From NCBI GenBank assembly GCA_964463635.1, contig CAYXCB010000003.1, positions 1-61,911 of the forward strand: 61,911 nt of DNA, in the 5' to 3' direction. The DNA is from an uncultured Candidatus Saccharibacteria bacterium. GTDB lineage: Bacteria > Patescibacteriota > Saccharimonadia > Saccharimonadales > CAZARM01. A model generated the notes under the pieces. That model had not been told where the DNA came from, searched no databases, and saw only the letters and a list, made by a program, of their open reading frames with translations. The stretch's first letter is position 1. Each line of letters opens with the position of its first letter. Made by a program: the position numbers and the translations under genes. This document shows, one piece after another, positions 37,532 to 46,599 of this stretch.

Positions 37532-38824
37532 CTAATATCCCCTTTTCGTGTAAGGCTTTAGTACATCGGGCACCTGAATGGTGCCATCCTTTTGTTGGTA
37601 ATTTTCCATAATGGCTTTTAGTATCCGCCCTAGAGCAAAAGCAGTTGCGTCATTGTTGTGAACCAGCTCAATATCGCCATTTGCGCGACGAAGTCGTGTC
37701 TTTAGCCTTCGCGCTTGGTAATCGGTAATGAGATCTGCAGTGTGTGATTCACGATACTCTGCTTGTCCCGGCATCCAAACGTTTATATCGACTCCGCGAG
37801 CATTAGGAGCTCCAATATCAGCTGTACACTTAAGAATTACCTGATATGACAGCTGTAATTCCTGCATTAAGTACTCTTGGATGGCAATCATAAATAAATG
37901 TTCGTCCAAGGATGTTTCCGGCGTGCTAAAGGCTACCATTTCGAGCTTATCAAAATGATGAAGCCGAAAAATCCCTTCCATGTCCTTACCGTAACTACCC
38001 GCTTCCCGGCGAAAACTGGTGGCATAGCCAAGATAGCGAATAGGTAAATTTTCTTCGGCTAAAATCTCGTCCATATACATAGGCGCCAAACTATGTTCAG
38101 CACTAGCATTTAGCCATAGCTCGTCATCAGCCAGCTTATACGTCTGCTCTTCGCCGTTCAATCGAGCTGTACGGTCATAAACTTCAGTTGCAACCATGGG
38201 CGGCGGTAAGATTGGCATAAATTGCTTGTTTGAAATTTTTAGATTATTCTTCTCGATGATTTCTTTCAGAAGGTCTTCATCGGCCAATTTGTCTATTACG
38301 AATTGTATAAGTGCGAACTGGAGCTTGACTAAGTCGCCCTTAAGATAAGCGAATCGGCTGCCAGCGACTTTTGCAGCTCTTTCTTTATCAATAACGTCGT
38401 GCTGCAGGCCTAGTTCAGCGTCAGTATTAGGCTTAAAACTAAATTTTGTAGGCTCGCCTACTGTTTTAACTACCTGATTATCTTTTTCGCTTTTACCGAC
38501 TGGCACATCATCCAGCGGCATATTTGGTACTTGCTTCAATAGCACCGTGAATTCTTGACTGATGGCATTGAGTTGGTGCTCCAAATCTTTTATCAACTCA
38601 CGCTGGTGGCGAAAAGCGGCGCGATCAGATTCACCAGGAGGCCCTTCTTTAAATGCTATGCCAGCCTGGTTCTGGTCATGCTGAAGTTTCTCGAGTTCTT
38701 GCTGGAGCCCTCTTCGTTTCTTGTCAAAGCCCAACAGCTGTTGAATGTCTACTTCATAGCCTTTTTGTTTTGATTTTTCTTGGACTAGATCTGGATTATC
38801 GCGAATAAACTGAATATCAAGCAT
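37532..38824 (-). CDS. serS: Serine--tRNA ligase
   Basis: MLDIQFIR, GSRF.YL, SAEH, FRREAGSYG, R.H.F.KLE, ENYQ. Confidence 0.97.
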   Translation of the reverse strand: MLDIQFIRDNPDLVQEKSKQKGYEVDIQQLLGFDKKRRGLQQELEKLQHDQNQAGIAFKEGPPGESDRAAFRHQRELIKDLEHQLNAISQEFTVLLKQVPNMPLDDVPVGKSEKDNQVVKTVGEPTKFSFKPNTDAELGLQHDVIDKERAAKVAGSRFAYLKGDLVKLQFALIQFVIDKLADEDLLKEIIEKNNLKISNKQFMPILPPPMVATEVYDRTARLNGEEQTYKLADDELWLNASAEHSLAPMYMDEILAEENLPIRYLGYATSFRREAGSYGKDMEGIFRLHHFDKLEMVAFSTPETSLDEHLFMIAIQEYLMQELQLSYQVILKCTADIGAPNARGVDINVWMPGQAEYRESHTADLITDYQARRLKTRLRRANGDIELVHNNDATAFALGRILKAIMENYQQKDGTIQVPDVLKPYTKRGY

Positions 38825-38848
38825 ATGTACATTCTACCTCCCAGCAGC

Positions 38849-38875
38849 TATTTCCAGGGTGCCACCCTGGAAATA
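38849..38875. repeat. REP-like hairpin, type A (left)
   Basis: TATTTCCAGGGT-GCC-ACCCTGGAAATA. Confidence 0.9.
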
Positions 38876-38893
38876 ATGTTATATACTGTGTTC

Positions 38894-39511
38894 ATGCCAG
38901 GTAAAAATTTAGAAAAGGTTTATTTAGAACATAGCTTTTATCATGTCTATAACCGTGGTAATAATAAAGAGACTGTCTTCCATGACCCTGAAGACTATTC
39001 TGTTTTCCTAAGCCTGTTCAAACGATACATGAGTGATAAACCTGTTAAGGATAACAAACAGCGCGAATATCCATGGCTGCAACACGAAATTGAATTAGTT
39101 GCTTTCTGCCTAATGCCTAATCATTTTCACATGCTTGTTTATCAAAATACACCCGAGGCTATGACAAAACTACTTCAGCACGTCAGCACTGCTTACGGGA
39201 TGTACTTCAATAAAAAATACAAAAGAGTAGGTCGACTCTTCCAGAGTAGGTTTCGGGCTAGCATGATATCGAATGATTCTTATTTACAACATATATCACG
39301 CTATATTCACCTCAATCCAAAGCACTATAAAGACTGGAAGTACTCAAGCCTGCCCTACTATCTCGGATTCAAAAAAGCTGAGTGGTGTAAGCCTCAAAAA
39401 ATTATGGAACTCTTTGATAACAAGCCTACCCTGTATAAAAAATTTGTCAGTGATTATGAAGAAAATAAGAAAATTCTAGACGACATAAAGCACGAGTTAG
39501 CAAACTACTAG
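38894..39511 (+). CDS. REP-associated tyrosine transposase (RAYT/Y1 HUH)
   Basis: YHVYNRGNN, FCLMPNHFH (HUH), G.LFQ.RF, RYIHLNP, YSS; TATACT 6 nt upstream of ATG 38894. Confidence 0.92.
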   Translation: MPGKNLEKVYLEHSFYHVYNRGNNKETVFHDPEDYSVFLSLFKRYMSDKPVKDNKQREYPWLQHEIELVAFCLMPNHFHMLVYQNTPEAMTKLLQHVSTAYGMYFNKKYKRVGRLFQSRFRASMISNDSYLQHISRYIHLNPKHYKDWKYSSLPYYLGFKKAEWCKPQKIMELFDNKPTLYKKFVSDYEENKKILDDIKHELANY

Positions 39512-39524
39512 CCGATTTACCGCT

Positions 39525-39549
39525 ATTTCCAGGGTGGCACCCTGGAAAT
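39525..39549. repeat. REP-like hairpin, type A (right, inverted)
   Basis: ATTTCCAGGGT-GGC-ACCCTGGAAAT. Confidence 0.9.
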
Positions 39550-39562
39550 GTCTGGGATGTTG

Positions 39563-40339
39563 TTAGTGTTTGGCTTGGAGGGATTTTAGAGTTAGCTCTG
39601 TGCGTTTGCGGGCGTATGTGCAGAAGTCGCAGTCGCCGCCCATGGCGGCCGTACCGACGGCTGGCATATCGCCTTCTAGGCATTTTTTCATTTGAATCAG
39701 GGTTTTATCAACCCAAGAATCACTGCCAGTATAAGGAATAATCTTAGTCCTAAACTCAACTCGATCATTAAAACCGTCTAGATCCATCCGGCCATTTGTA
39801 TAGACAAAGTAGCCTATGTCGCTGACCTTGAAGCCGTTGGCACGCAACAGCCACTGGTAAACTTCAAGTTGGCGCTTGTAGCTAATTTGCCAGTCAGAAT
39901 CGATTCCCACTTCTGTAGATTTGGCAGTCGCTTTGTAGTCCACGACGTGAAGTTCCCCGGCGTCATTAACCCAAATGTCATCCAAAGCCCCAAAAACGTG
40001 CAAATTGGTCGGTTCATGCAAAGCAACCACGCCTGTAAAATTTTCGCGCCAGGTGTTAAGGTTTTCGTGGGCAAACGGCACGGCAGCCACATTAAATTTC
40101 ACCATTAACGGATGCGGTTCTGACTTTATACGGTAGCTATCGAATTCTTTTTTAAACAGTTCGTCGATAGCTTTATTGATATTGAACGGGGGGCTGTTAG
40201 GCCGCGTAATTTTGAGCCTTGCATCCAGCCAGAAACAGCGCGGACACTGCTTAAACAATTCGATTTTGCTACGGCTAACTTTAAAAGCCGTTTTCTGGCC
40301 GGGCTGATACGGCTGGCTCCTAACTCTCTGATAATTCAT
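39563..40339 (-). CDS. PD-(D/E)XK nuclease superfamily protein (RecB/Cas4-like)
   Basis: S.SKI..F.QCPRCF, GALDD, VDYK, QL.VY, C-terminal CDFC. Confidence 0.85.
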   Translation of the reverse strand: MNYQRVRSQPYQPGQKTAFKVSRSKIELFKQCPRCFWLDARLKITRPNSPPFNINKAIDELFKKEFDSYRIKSEPHPLMVKFNVAAVPFAHENLNTWRENFTGVVALHEPTNLHVFGALDDIWVNDAGELHVVDYKATAKSTEVGIDSDWQISYKRQLEVYQWLLRANGFKVSDIGYFVYTNGRMDLDGFNDRVEFRTKIIPYTGSDSWVDKTLIQMKKCLEGDMPAVGTAAMGGDCDFCTYARKRTELTLKSLQAKH

Positions 40340-40358
40340 GTGCCAATATTGTATCAGC

Positions 40359-40823
40359 TCAAGACGGGATGTTTATTGCTTCTAGCTGCTTAGTCGTAGC
40401 ATCAAACTGACGTTTTTCCTTAACAGCCTGCAGGCCGCCATAAATAAACAAACTAGGCAGCAAGAAGTAGTAAAGGGTGTTCCATCGCTTTTTTCGTTCT
40501 TCGTCTTCCTGCTTTATTTTATTCACTTCTGCACCAATTTTGCGAAGCTCGTCCGGCTTAGAGAAAAGCTCAAGATTTTCTGTAAGTTGCCCACTTTCAG
40601 TAACAGTAACTTGAGCACTCTGAACCATAAGCCCTGCTAACTCGCGACAGCTGCTGGGCAGCCCCTCATAAACTCCACCTGGTTTATATACGTCAAGCGC
40701 TTCAATGCATGGCTCCACTGGTATAGGCAAATTACTTGCAGCTTCAAAGCCAACGTGCTGCGAGCCGTATGTCAGAGCTATGCCGGCGGCCAAACAACCT
40801 GCAACTTCTCCCAATTTCTTCAT
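40359..40823 (-). CDS. Hypothetical membrane/exported protein
   Basis: N-terminal signal/TM and C-terminal TM. Confidence 0.6.
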   Translation of the reverse strand: MKKLGEVAGCLAAGIALTYGSQHVGFEAASNLPIPVEPCIEALDVYKPGGVYEGLPSSCRELAGLMVQSAQVTVTESGQLTENLELFSKPDELRKIGAEVNKIKQEDEERKKRWNTLYYFLLPSLFIYGGLQAVKEKRQFDATTKQLEAINIPS

Positions 40824-40884
40824 AAATTATAGTCTACAATAAAATGGATCAGCTGTTAATTAAGTGCTGCGTTCGTGTAATATT

Positions 40885-41751
40885 TTATTTAGACAGGCCG
40901 GCGATCAGAATAACCGCGAAAGTGGTTTTCGTGATTAGGCTAATGAGAACATAGTTACGTTCGACAACGGCGTAATTTGCCCAACCACGGAATCGACGAT
41001 GACCGTTCCATTGGTTGACAGCAAGCAATATAAAGCCAGCCAGAGCTGTTACGCACAAAGCGTAAACATACCAAGGATTACGCACGCTTCCATATAGAAC
41101 TGTCGCGATTTTGCTAGCACCAATTGCTATCCATGGCAGAGCGCCAGTTACAAGACTAATCACAAAAGCATTCCAGACTGGTTTCCGTCCGGTTGCGTTC
41201 TGTTTTTCAGCTAGCCATCCCAGAGCGCAAGTTACGCCGATTAACCCGCCGGCAAGTTTCAACATCATAAGATCGTTGTAACCGACTAGAAGCATGATAA
41301 TCTCTACCATTAACGCCGATGAAACAGCTAAATCAATCCAGCGGAGTCCATTTACTCTTCCCTTGCTGATCGTTTTCGCGTAATAATCTTTTAATTTTGT
41401 CAGATATAAGACTGGCAAAACGACTGAAAGCGCCAGGACACTTACCAATATCCAGCGCAGCTGCACGTCAACGATGTTTCGATGGGCTATAGCAAATACG
41501 GTGCTGTCCTGACTGAGTAAAGCATCATTAGTAAGGTGCGTCACAGCAAGCGGGAATGACACAGCTTGCATCAGCAACGCTGCAGCAACAGCTAAGCCAG
41601 CAAATAATATTACCGACACGATATGTAGAGTGTTCAGCCTCAATACTCGCTGAACAAGCGATTGGTTAGCCGCACTAGCCGCGACTGAACTTTTTTTGAC
41701 AGTGGTTTTAGAAGTTTTGGTTTTCCGTGCTGAAGTCTTTCGTGTAGCCAT
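40885..41751 (-). CDS. Heliorhodopsin
   Basis: 7 TM; LN..H, N.LRWIDL.VSS..M (RWxEY-like), G...E, ERNYVLISLITK (retinal Lys). Confidence 0.85.
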   Translation of the reverse strand: MATRKTSARKTKTSKTTVKKSSVAASAANQSLVQRVLRLNTLHIVSVILFAGLAVAAALLMQAVSFPLAVTHLTNDALLSQDSTVFAIAHRNIVDVQLRWILVSVLALSVVLPVLYLTKLKDYYAKTISKGRVNGLRWIDLAVSSALMVEIIMLLVGYNDLMMLKLAGGLIGVTCALGWLAEKQNATGRKPVWNAFVISLVTGALPWIAIGASKIATVLYGSVRNPWYVYALCVTALAGFILLAVNQWNGHRRFRGWANYAVVERNYVLISLITKTTFAVILIAGLSK

Positions 41752-41766
41752 GCAAAAACTATACCA

Positions 41767-42243
41767 TCAAATAGCCTGATAAGGTACATGGCACATGCCC
41801 TGGCCGGTTTTTTCGGTGAATTTCTGGTGGTAGTCTTCGGCTGGATAAAAAGTTACGTCCGGAACGATCTGGGTTACGATCGGTTTATCAAAGCCGGCTT
41901 GCAGCTCGTCCCTAACCCTCTCAGCTATGACCTTTTGCTCGTCATTAAAGTAAAAAATTGCTGAGCGGTAGCTGTCGCCGATATCGGGCCCTTGCCGGTT
42001 CAGCTGGGTAGGATCATGCATACGGAAAAAATGTTTCGTAAGCGTCTCGTAGCTAACTTTTTTAGGGCTATATTCGACTAGTAATGCCTCCGCATGTCCG
42101 GTTGTATGGCTGCAAACGTCTTCATATGACGGATTGACCGTGTGACCGCCGGTATAGCCAACGGTCGTAGATTTTACACCTGGCACTTGGTCAAAGTAAT
42201 ACTGCACACCCCAGAAACATCCGGCAGCAAAAATAGCTTTCAT
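41767..42243 (-). CDS. msrA: Peptide-methionine (S)-S-oxide reductase
   Basis: AGCFWG, GYTGG, TGHAE, HDPT..NRQG.D.G..YRS, AEDYHQ; TAATG overlap with lysS. Confidence 0.96.
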   Translation of the reverse strand: MKAIFAAGCFWGVQYYFDQVPGVKSTTVGYTGGHTVNPSYEDVCSHTTGHAEALLVEYSPKKVSYETLTKHFFRMHDPTQLNRQGPDIGDSYRSAIFYFNDEQKVIAERVRDELQAGFDKPIVTQIVPDVTFYPAEDYHQKFTEKTGQGMCHVPYQAI

Positions 42244-43775
42244 TACTCCTCCAATTTGAGTCGTTTCACTAGCCAGTCGCGAGGAAGAATACTTAAGAAC
42301 CACCCGGCCCGCGGACCGGCGTCTTTACCAATCAAAGTTTTGTACAAAGTCATAAACAATTCTTTAGGTTCCAGTTCTGTTTTATCTTTAAAATCATAAA
42401 TTGCCTTGTGAAACCATTCCCCATCAGCGTCAGCGGGAGCAGATTCAATCTTGTCAGCCAGGGCTTTTAGATACTGTTTTTGTGAATCAGTAAATTGTTC
42501 AGTATGAATGCTTTCTGTCAGCTCAAATTTCACATCTTCCGGTGCGCGCCGGTTCAGCCATTCGTCTATAAATTGCAGTTCAGCTTTAATAATTTCCTCG
42601 TCCTCATCTACAGTCTTAGAATGCTCAGTCCGGCGCATAACTTCGAGGGTTTTGGCTGGATCTTTCAGCGCCGCCTGGTAGCTAGCTACCAGGTGAGAAA
42701 ACGGTATGCGGCTAACAGTTGGCTGTTCAACACCCAGCAAGCACAGCTCCAGCAGCTGCTTGTCGCCAGCTGATTTGTCAGGCTTAGACAGCAGCTCGCT
42801 AAATTCATCAAACAAACGCATTAAGGTTGCACCATCATCAAAGAAAAGCAGCTTTTCGGGTCCATAACGGAGTATGAAGAACCAAACCACTTCAGCGGGT
42901 AAAATCTTCAGTAACTGGGCAGCAGTCACCGTATCACCTGCGCTTTTACTCATTTTCTTGGTATCACCCGTGCGGTTTATAAACTCATAAGGTATAGGCA
43001 GCGGCGGTTTAATCTCAAAAATGTCTTTAGCAATTACAGCCCCAGTGTCATAAGAACCTCCCTTGGTCGCATGATCGCGGCCAAATGGTTCAGCATTCAC
43101 GCCAAGCAGCCACCACCTAGCCGGCCAATCAATTCGCCAGTTTAGCTTTACGTTGCCGTCAGCATAGCCAATAGTTTGTTCTTTGCTGTCAGCGTCGAGA
43201 TAAATCAGTTCTTTTTTTGACGTATCAATGCTAATAAATTTGCGGTTTTTCAAGTAGCCATCTTCAATTACCTGCACTGGTGACCACTGGTCATCAAGTT
43301 TGTGACCTGAAATTTCTTCTAAAATTTTCCTTATGGTATCAATACTGCCCAATGCTTTCTCAATAGCCGAAACAAAGAAGCCATTGCGGTATTTTTCGTG
43401 AGCCCGAATTACTTCCATTTCCAGGTGCAAGTCTTTGGCTGCTTCTAATAAATCGCTTAGAAAATAATCGGCATATGATTTATCCGACCCATCTGGCGAT
43501 GGAATGTCTGCTAGTGGTTTACCAAGGTGTTTTTCGAAGTCCTTTGACACGTCGATAGGAATTTTGCGAAATACATCTAGGTCATCAACGACGTGAATGT
43601 GCCGGGCCTTGTGGCCGCGGCGCCTTAGTTCGCGCATGATTACTTCGGCTGTTAAAACTTCCCTGAGCGTCCCCAAATGATAGGTTCCAGATGGCGATAC
43701 GCCTGAAGATACTATAACTTCATCCTTGGGGTGGCGCTTCATCAAGTCTTCAACAATAGCATTAAGCCAATTCAT
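42243..43775 (-). CDS. lysS: Lysine--tRNA ligase, class I
   Basis: SPSGTYHLG, WRIDWPARW, EPFGRDH, KMSKS, GPRAG. Confidence 0.96.
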   Translation of the reverse strand: MNWLNAIVEDLMKRHPKDEVIVSSGVSPSGTYHLGTLREVLTAEVIMRELRRRGHKARHIHVVDDLDVFRKIPIDVSKDFEKHLGKPLADIPSPDGSDKSYADYFLSDLLEAAKDLHLEMEVIRAHEKYRNGFFVSAIEKALGSIDTIRKILEEISGHKLDDQWSPVQVIEDGYLKNRKFISIDTSKKELIYLDADSKEQTIGYADGNVKLNWRIDWPARWWLLGVNAEPFGRDHATKGGSYDTGAVIAKDIFEIKPPLPIPYEFINRTGDTKKMSKSAGDTVTAAQLLKILPAEVVWFFILRYGPEKLLFFDDGATLMRLFDEFSELLSKPDKSAGDKQLLELCLLGVEQPTVSRIPFSHLVASYQAALKDPAKTLEVMRRTEHSKTVDEDEEIIKAELQFIDEWLNRRAPEDVKFELTESIHTEQFTDSQKQYLKALADKIESAPADADGEWFHKAIYDFKDKTELEPKELFMTLYKTLIGKDAGPRAGWFLSILPRDWLVKRLKLEE

Positions 43776-43789
43776 ATGAGGAAAAGTAT

Positions 43790-43862
43790 ACAGTAAACAG
43801 CTTACAGCTTACAGCTTACAGCTTTTCTTATCTGTTAACTGTTAACCGTGTACTGTCTACTA
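43790..43862. repeat. Heptamer-repeat hairpin (ACAGCTT)n...(CTGTTAA)n
   Basis: ACAGTAA, ACAGCTT x4, 7-nt spacer, CTGTTAA x2, CCGTGTA, CTGTCTA. Confidence 0.85.
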
Positions 43863-43870
43863 CTTTTAAG

Positions 43871-44002
43871 CTATTTATTGCGGCGGTCTTTGATGAAACG
43901 CAAAGAAACATTGGCTACAAAAACCGTCAGGGCTGTGAAGACGACTAAAGCCGCTAGGATTATCCCTAGAAGTAAAACTTTTTCGATGATTGAGCCTATC
44001 AA
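43871..44002 (-). CDS. Putative 43-aa single-TM protein (MIGSIIEKVLLLGIILAALVVFTALTVFVANVSLRFIKDRRNK)
   Basis: TTG start 9 nt after greA stop; one TM with basic tail; translated by hand. Confidence 0.45.
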   Translation of the reverse strand: MIGSIIEKVLLLGIILAALVVFTALTVFVANVSLRFIKDRRNK

Positions 44003-44011
44003 CTAAAAACC

Positions 44012-44473
44012 CTAGCTTATATCTACGATTTTATAGGTTGATGTTTCAACAGGAGTGACGATTTCGACTTTTTCGCCGTGCTTTCTGCCTAGGAGTGCCT
44101 GTCCAATTGGTGATTCATCAGAGATTTTGCCGTTCAGCGGATCGGCTTCAACGGTCCCGACTACTTGGAATTCCTTGGCTTTGCCGCCGCCGTTTTGCAG
44201 TTTGACTAGTGAACCAAGCTGGACTTTGCCGCCGCTTTTCGGCTTAGAAATAATATCAACGTTTTGCAAAATATGTTCAATTTCAGCTATCCGGCCCTCA
44301 ACACGTTCCTGCTCCAGACGAGCTGAGGAATATTCAGCGTTTTCAGCCAGATCTCCGAACTCACGGGCGGACTTGATGCGTTCGGCAATTTGCCCCCGTT
44401 GGGCAATCAAACTATCGCACTCTGATCGTAATTCTTCAACCCCTTCGCGGGTAAGGTAGAACTGCTTCTTCAT
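44012..44473 (-). CDS. greA: Transcription elongation factor GreA
   Basis: YLTREG, AREFGDLAENAEY, EADP..GKISDESPIG.AL. Confidence 0.97.
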   Translation of the reverse strand: MKKQFYLTREGVEELRSECDSLIAQRGQIAERIKSAREFGDLAENAEYSSARLEQERVEGRIAEIEHILQNVDIISKPKSGGKVQLGSLVKLQNGGGKAKEFQVVGTVEADPLNGKISDESPIGQALLGRKHGEKVEIVTPVETSTYKIVDIS

Positions 44474-44537
44474 AAAAAAATAACTCCTTTCTTCCAGGAT
44501 TTTGGTCTCGCGGTCTGAGCGTATTATAGCAAAGTTT

Positions 44538-45797
44538 TTAGCTCGCTAGCACAAACTTTTTGAGAATTTCGTCGGTTGATAGCATGAGCGGCTTGTCGTC
44601 GGTTCGTTGTTTGAGCTCATGCTTGCCTGATTCTAACGTCTTATCGCTAACTACTAGCCGGTATGGGATCCCTAGTAAATCTGCGTCGGCAAACTTTTGG
44701 CCGGCTCGCTCATCGCGGTCATCATATAGTACTCCAACACCGGTGTCCGTCAAGTATTTATACACATTGTCGGCCTCTTCAGCCACCTCAGCGTCTTCGC
44801 CCAGCCTAACCAGATATACCAAGGCTGGAGCAACATTCTCAGGCCAAACCAGCCCCTTATCGTCAGAAAAATGCTCAGCAATGGCTCCCATTAACCGGCT
44901 GATCCCGATGCCATAGCAGCCAGCTATGATGGATTGGCGCTTACCTTCTTCGTCCATGTAGTAGACATCAAGAGCGTCTGTATACTTGGATTCTAGCGGG
45001 AATATATTGCCGACTTCGATACCATGTTTTTCAACTAGATCTTCTTTTTTAAGTCCTAATTTCTGAAGGTTATCAGGGGTCATAATTTCTTTGTTGATAG
45101 CAATTTTCTTGCCCTCGTGCAGATAAATCGTGTCTTCGCCAACATCGCTTAAAGTTTGGAATTCATCACTGAATTGGCTGGTGAAAATACCACCATCGGC
45201 ATAAGTTCGGTAGGTAATATCTCCTAGCCCCAGTCGCTTGTAAACCTTGTGGTAGGCTGCGGCTACTTTCTCATAAAGCTCGTCGTGTTCCTTTTGTGTC
45301 CGCGCAAAAGAATACATATCTTTCATCAAGAATTCCCGGCCCCTGAGCAAGCCGCTTTTGGCCCGCAGTTCGTTGCGGAACTTGCTTTGTATCTGATAAA
45401 CCATGATTGGCAAGTCTTTATAGGAGTTGATGTAGTCGCTTAGGGCATTGACAATCGGCTCCTCGTGGGTCAGCCCAACGCCTAACTCAGAACCGTTTAC
45501 CAGCTTAGTTTTAAACCAGTTATCGACTTTTTTATCATCCCAGCGATCGGTTTTTTCCCAAAGTTCTTTAGGCTGCAAAGCCGTCATCTGGACTTCCAGG
45601 CCGCCGACAGTGTTCATTTCTTCACGAACGATTTGGGCTATATTGTCTAAAACCGCTTTGCCTAGCGGTAAAAAGGCGTAAACTCCGGCCATTTCCTTAT
45701 GTATAAAGCCGGCTTGGATCAGTAGCTGGGCGTTTCTGGCGGTTTCGTCAGCTGGGGCGTCTTTGCGGGTTTTTGTGAATAGCTGCGTTAATCTCAT
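44538..45797 (-). CDS. proS: Proline--tRNA ligase (short form, no editing domain)
   Basis: LL.QAGFI, THEE, KFRNELR..SGLLRGREF.MKD.YSF, GCYGIG.SR. Confidence 0.96.
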   Translation of the reverse strand: MRLTQLFTKTRKDAPADETARNAQLLIQAGFIHKEMAGVYAFLPLGKAVLDNIAQIVREEMNTVGGLEVQMTALQPKELWEKTDRWDDKKVDNWFKTKLVNGSELGVGLTHEEPIVNALSDYINSYKDLPIMVYQIQSKFRNELRAKSGLLRGREFLMKDMYSFARTQKEHDELYEKVAAAYHKVYKRLGLGDITYRTYADGGIFTSQFSDEFQTLSDVGEDTIYLHEGKKIAINKEIMTPDNLQKLGLKKEDLVEKHGIEVGNIFPLESKYTDALDVYYMDEEGKRQSIIAGCYGIGISRLMGAIAEHFSDDKGLVWPENVAPALVYLVRLGEDAEVAEEADNVYKYLTDTGVGVLYDDRDERAGQKFADADLLGIPYRLVVSDKTLESGKHELKQRTDDKPLMLSTDEILKKFVLAS

Positions 45798-45813
45798 GGA
45801 AGAATTTTACCCC

Positions 45814-46599
45814 TTACACTAACTTAAATACAAATAAGGCTGCGAATGCGATGCCGTTTTTGATGGCATGAAGCATTATCGGCGCCGCTAGACGGCCAGT
45901 AGTTTCACGCAAATAACACAGAACTACAGACAGCACGAAAGTATCGATGGCCGCCACCCACAACAGCGGCGCTCCTGCGCCCCATTGCAAATGCGCGATA
46001 GCGAAGAGCACGCTAGTCACTAAAACAGACAGGATCGGCTTAAACTTCGTCCTGAGGCCCGTATATAGAAAGCCCCGGACTAGAATTTCTTCTACGACGG
46101 GCGGCAAGACCACCAGGCTGATAAATATAGGCACCAGCCCTAGCCCATTAATGGCCGTACTGAAACCAATTTCCTGCTCTTGTTCAAAATTAAGGCTCGG
46201 GAATAAGCCCTTGGCTAGCAAGGCTGCCAGTAGATAAACAATAAAATACACGCCGTAGCCCGCAACCGCACGCAGCAAATCGGTAAACCTAAAGCCTTTT
46301 AAGCCCAGTGTAGCGAACGAAGCCCGGCGAGCCCTCAGGAAGCTAAAAAGCAGCCCAAGTGTTACCGCCTCAACCAAAACCACGCTGAAGAACTGATAAA
46401 TCGTCCCTGTCGAAGTGCTGGACACAGTATTAAGCACCGCGTCAAAAGTTGAACCATTGATAATTGACAAAGCAGCTACTAATAAGACTATGCCCGTAAT
46501 TTGTCCGCCAAAAAATACCCCGAGCGTGACTAGTACCGCTGCTACTGGTCCCCAGGTAACGGCTGGTTTATGTTCAGGTTTCAGCGGCACTTCGTCCAT
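45814..46599 (-). CDS. CPBP (CAAX/Abi) intramembrane metalloprotease
   Basis: EEILVRG, FAIAH, LHAIKN. Confidence 0.9.
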   Translation of the reverse strand: MDEVPLKPEHKPAVTWGPVAAVLVTLGVFFGGQITGIVLLVAALSIINGSTFDAVLNTVSSTSTGTIYQFFSVVLVEAVTLGLLFSFLRARRASFATLGLKGFRFTDLLRAVAGYGVYFIVYLLAALLAKGLFPSLNFEQEQEIGFSTAINGLGLVPIFISLVVLPPVVEEILVRGFLYTGLRTKFKPILSVLVTSVLFAIAHLQWGAGAPLLWVAAIDTFVLSVVLCYLRETTGRLAAPIMLHAIKNGIAFAALFVFKLV

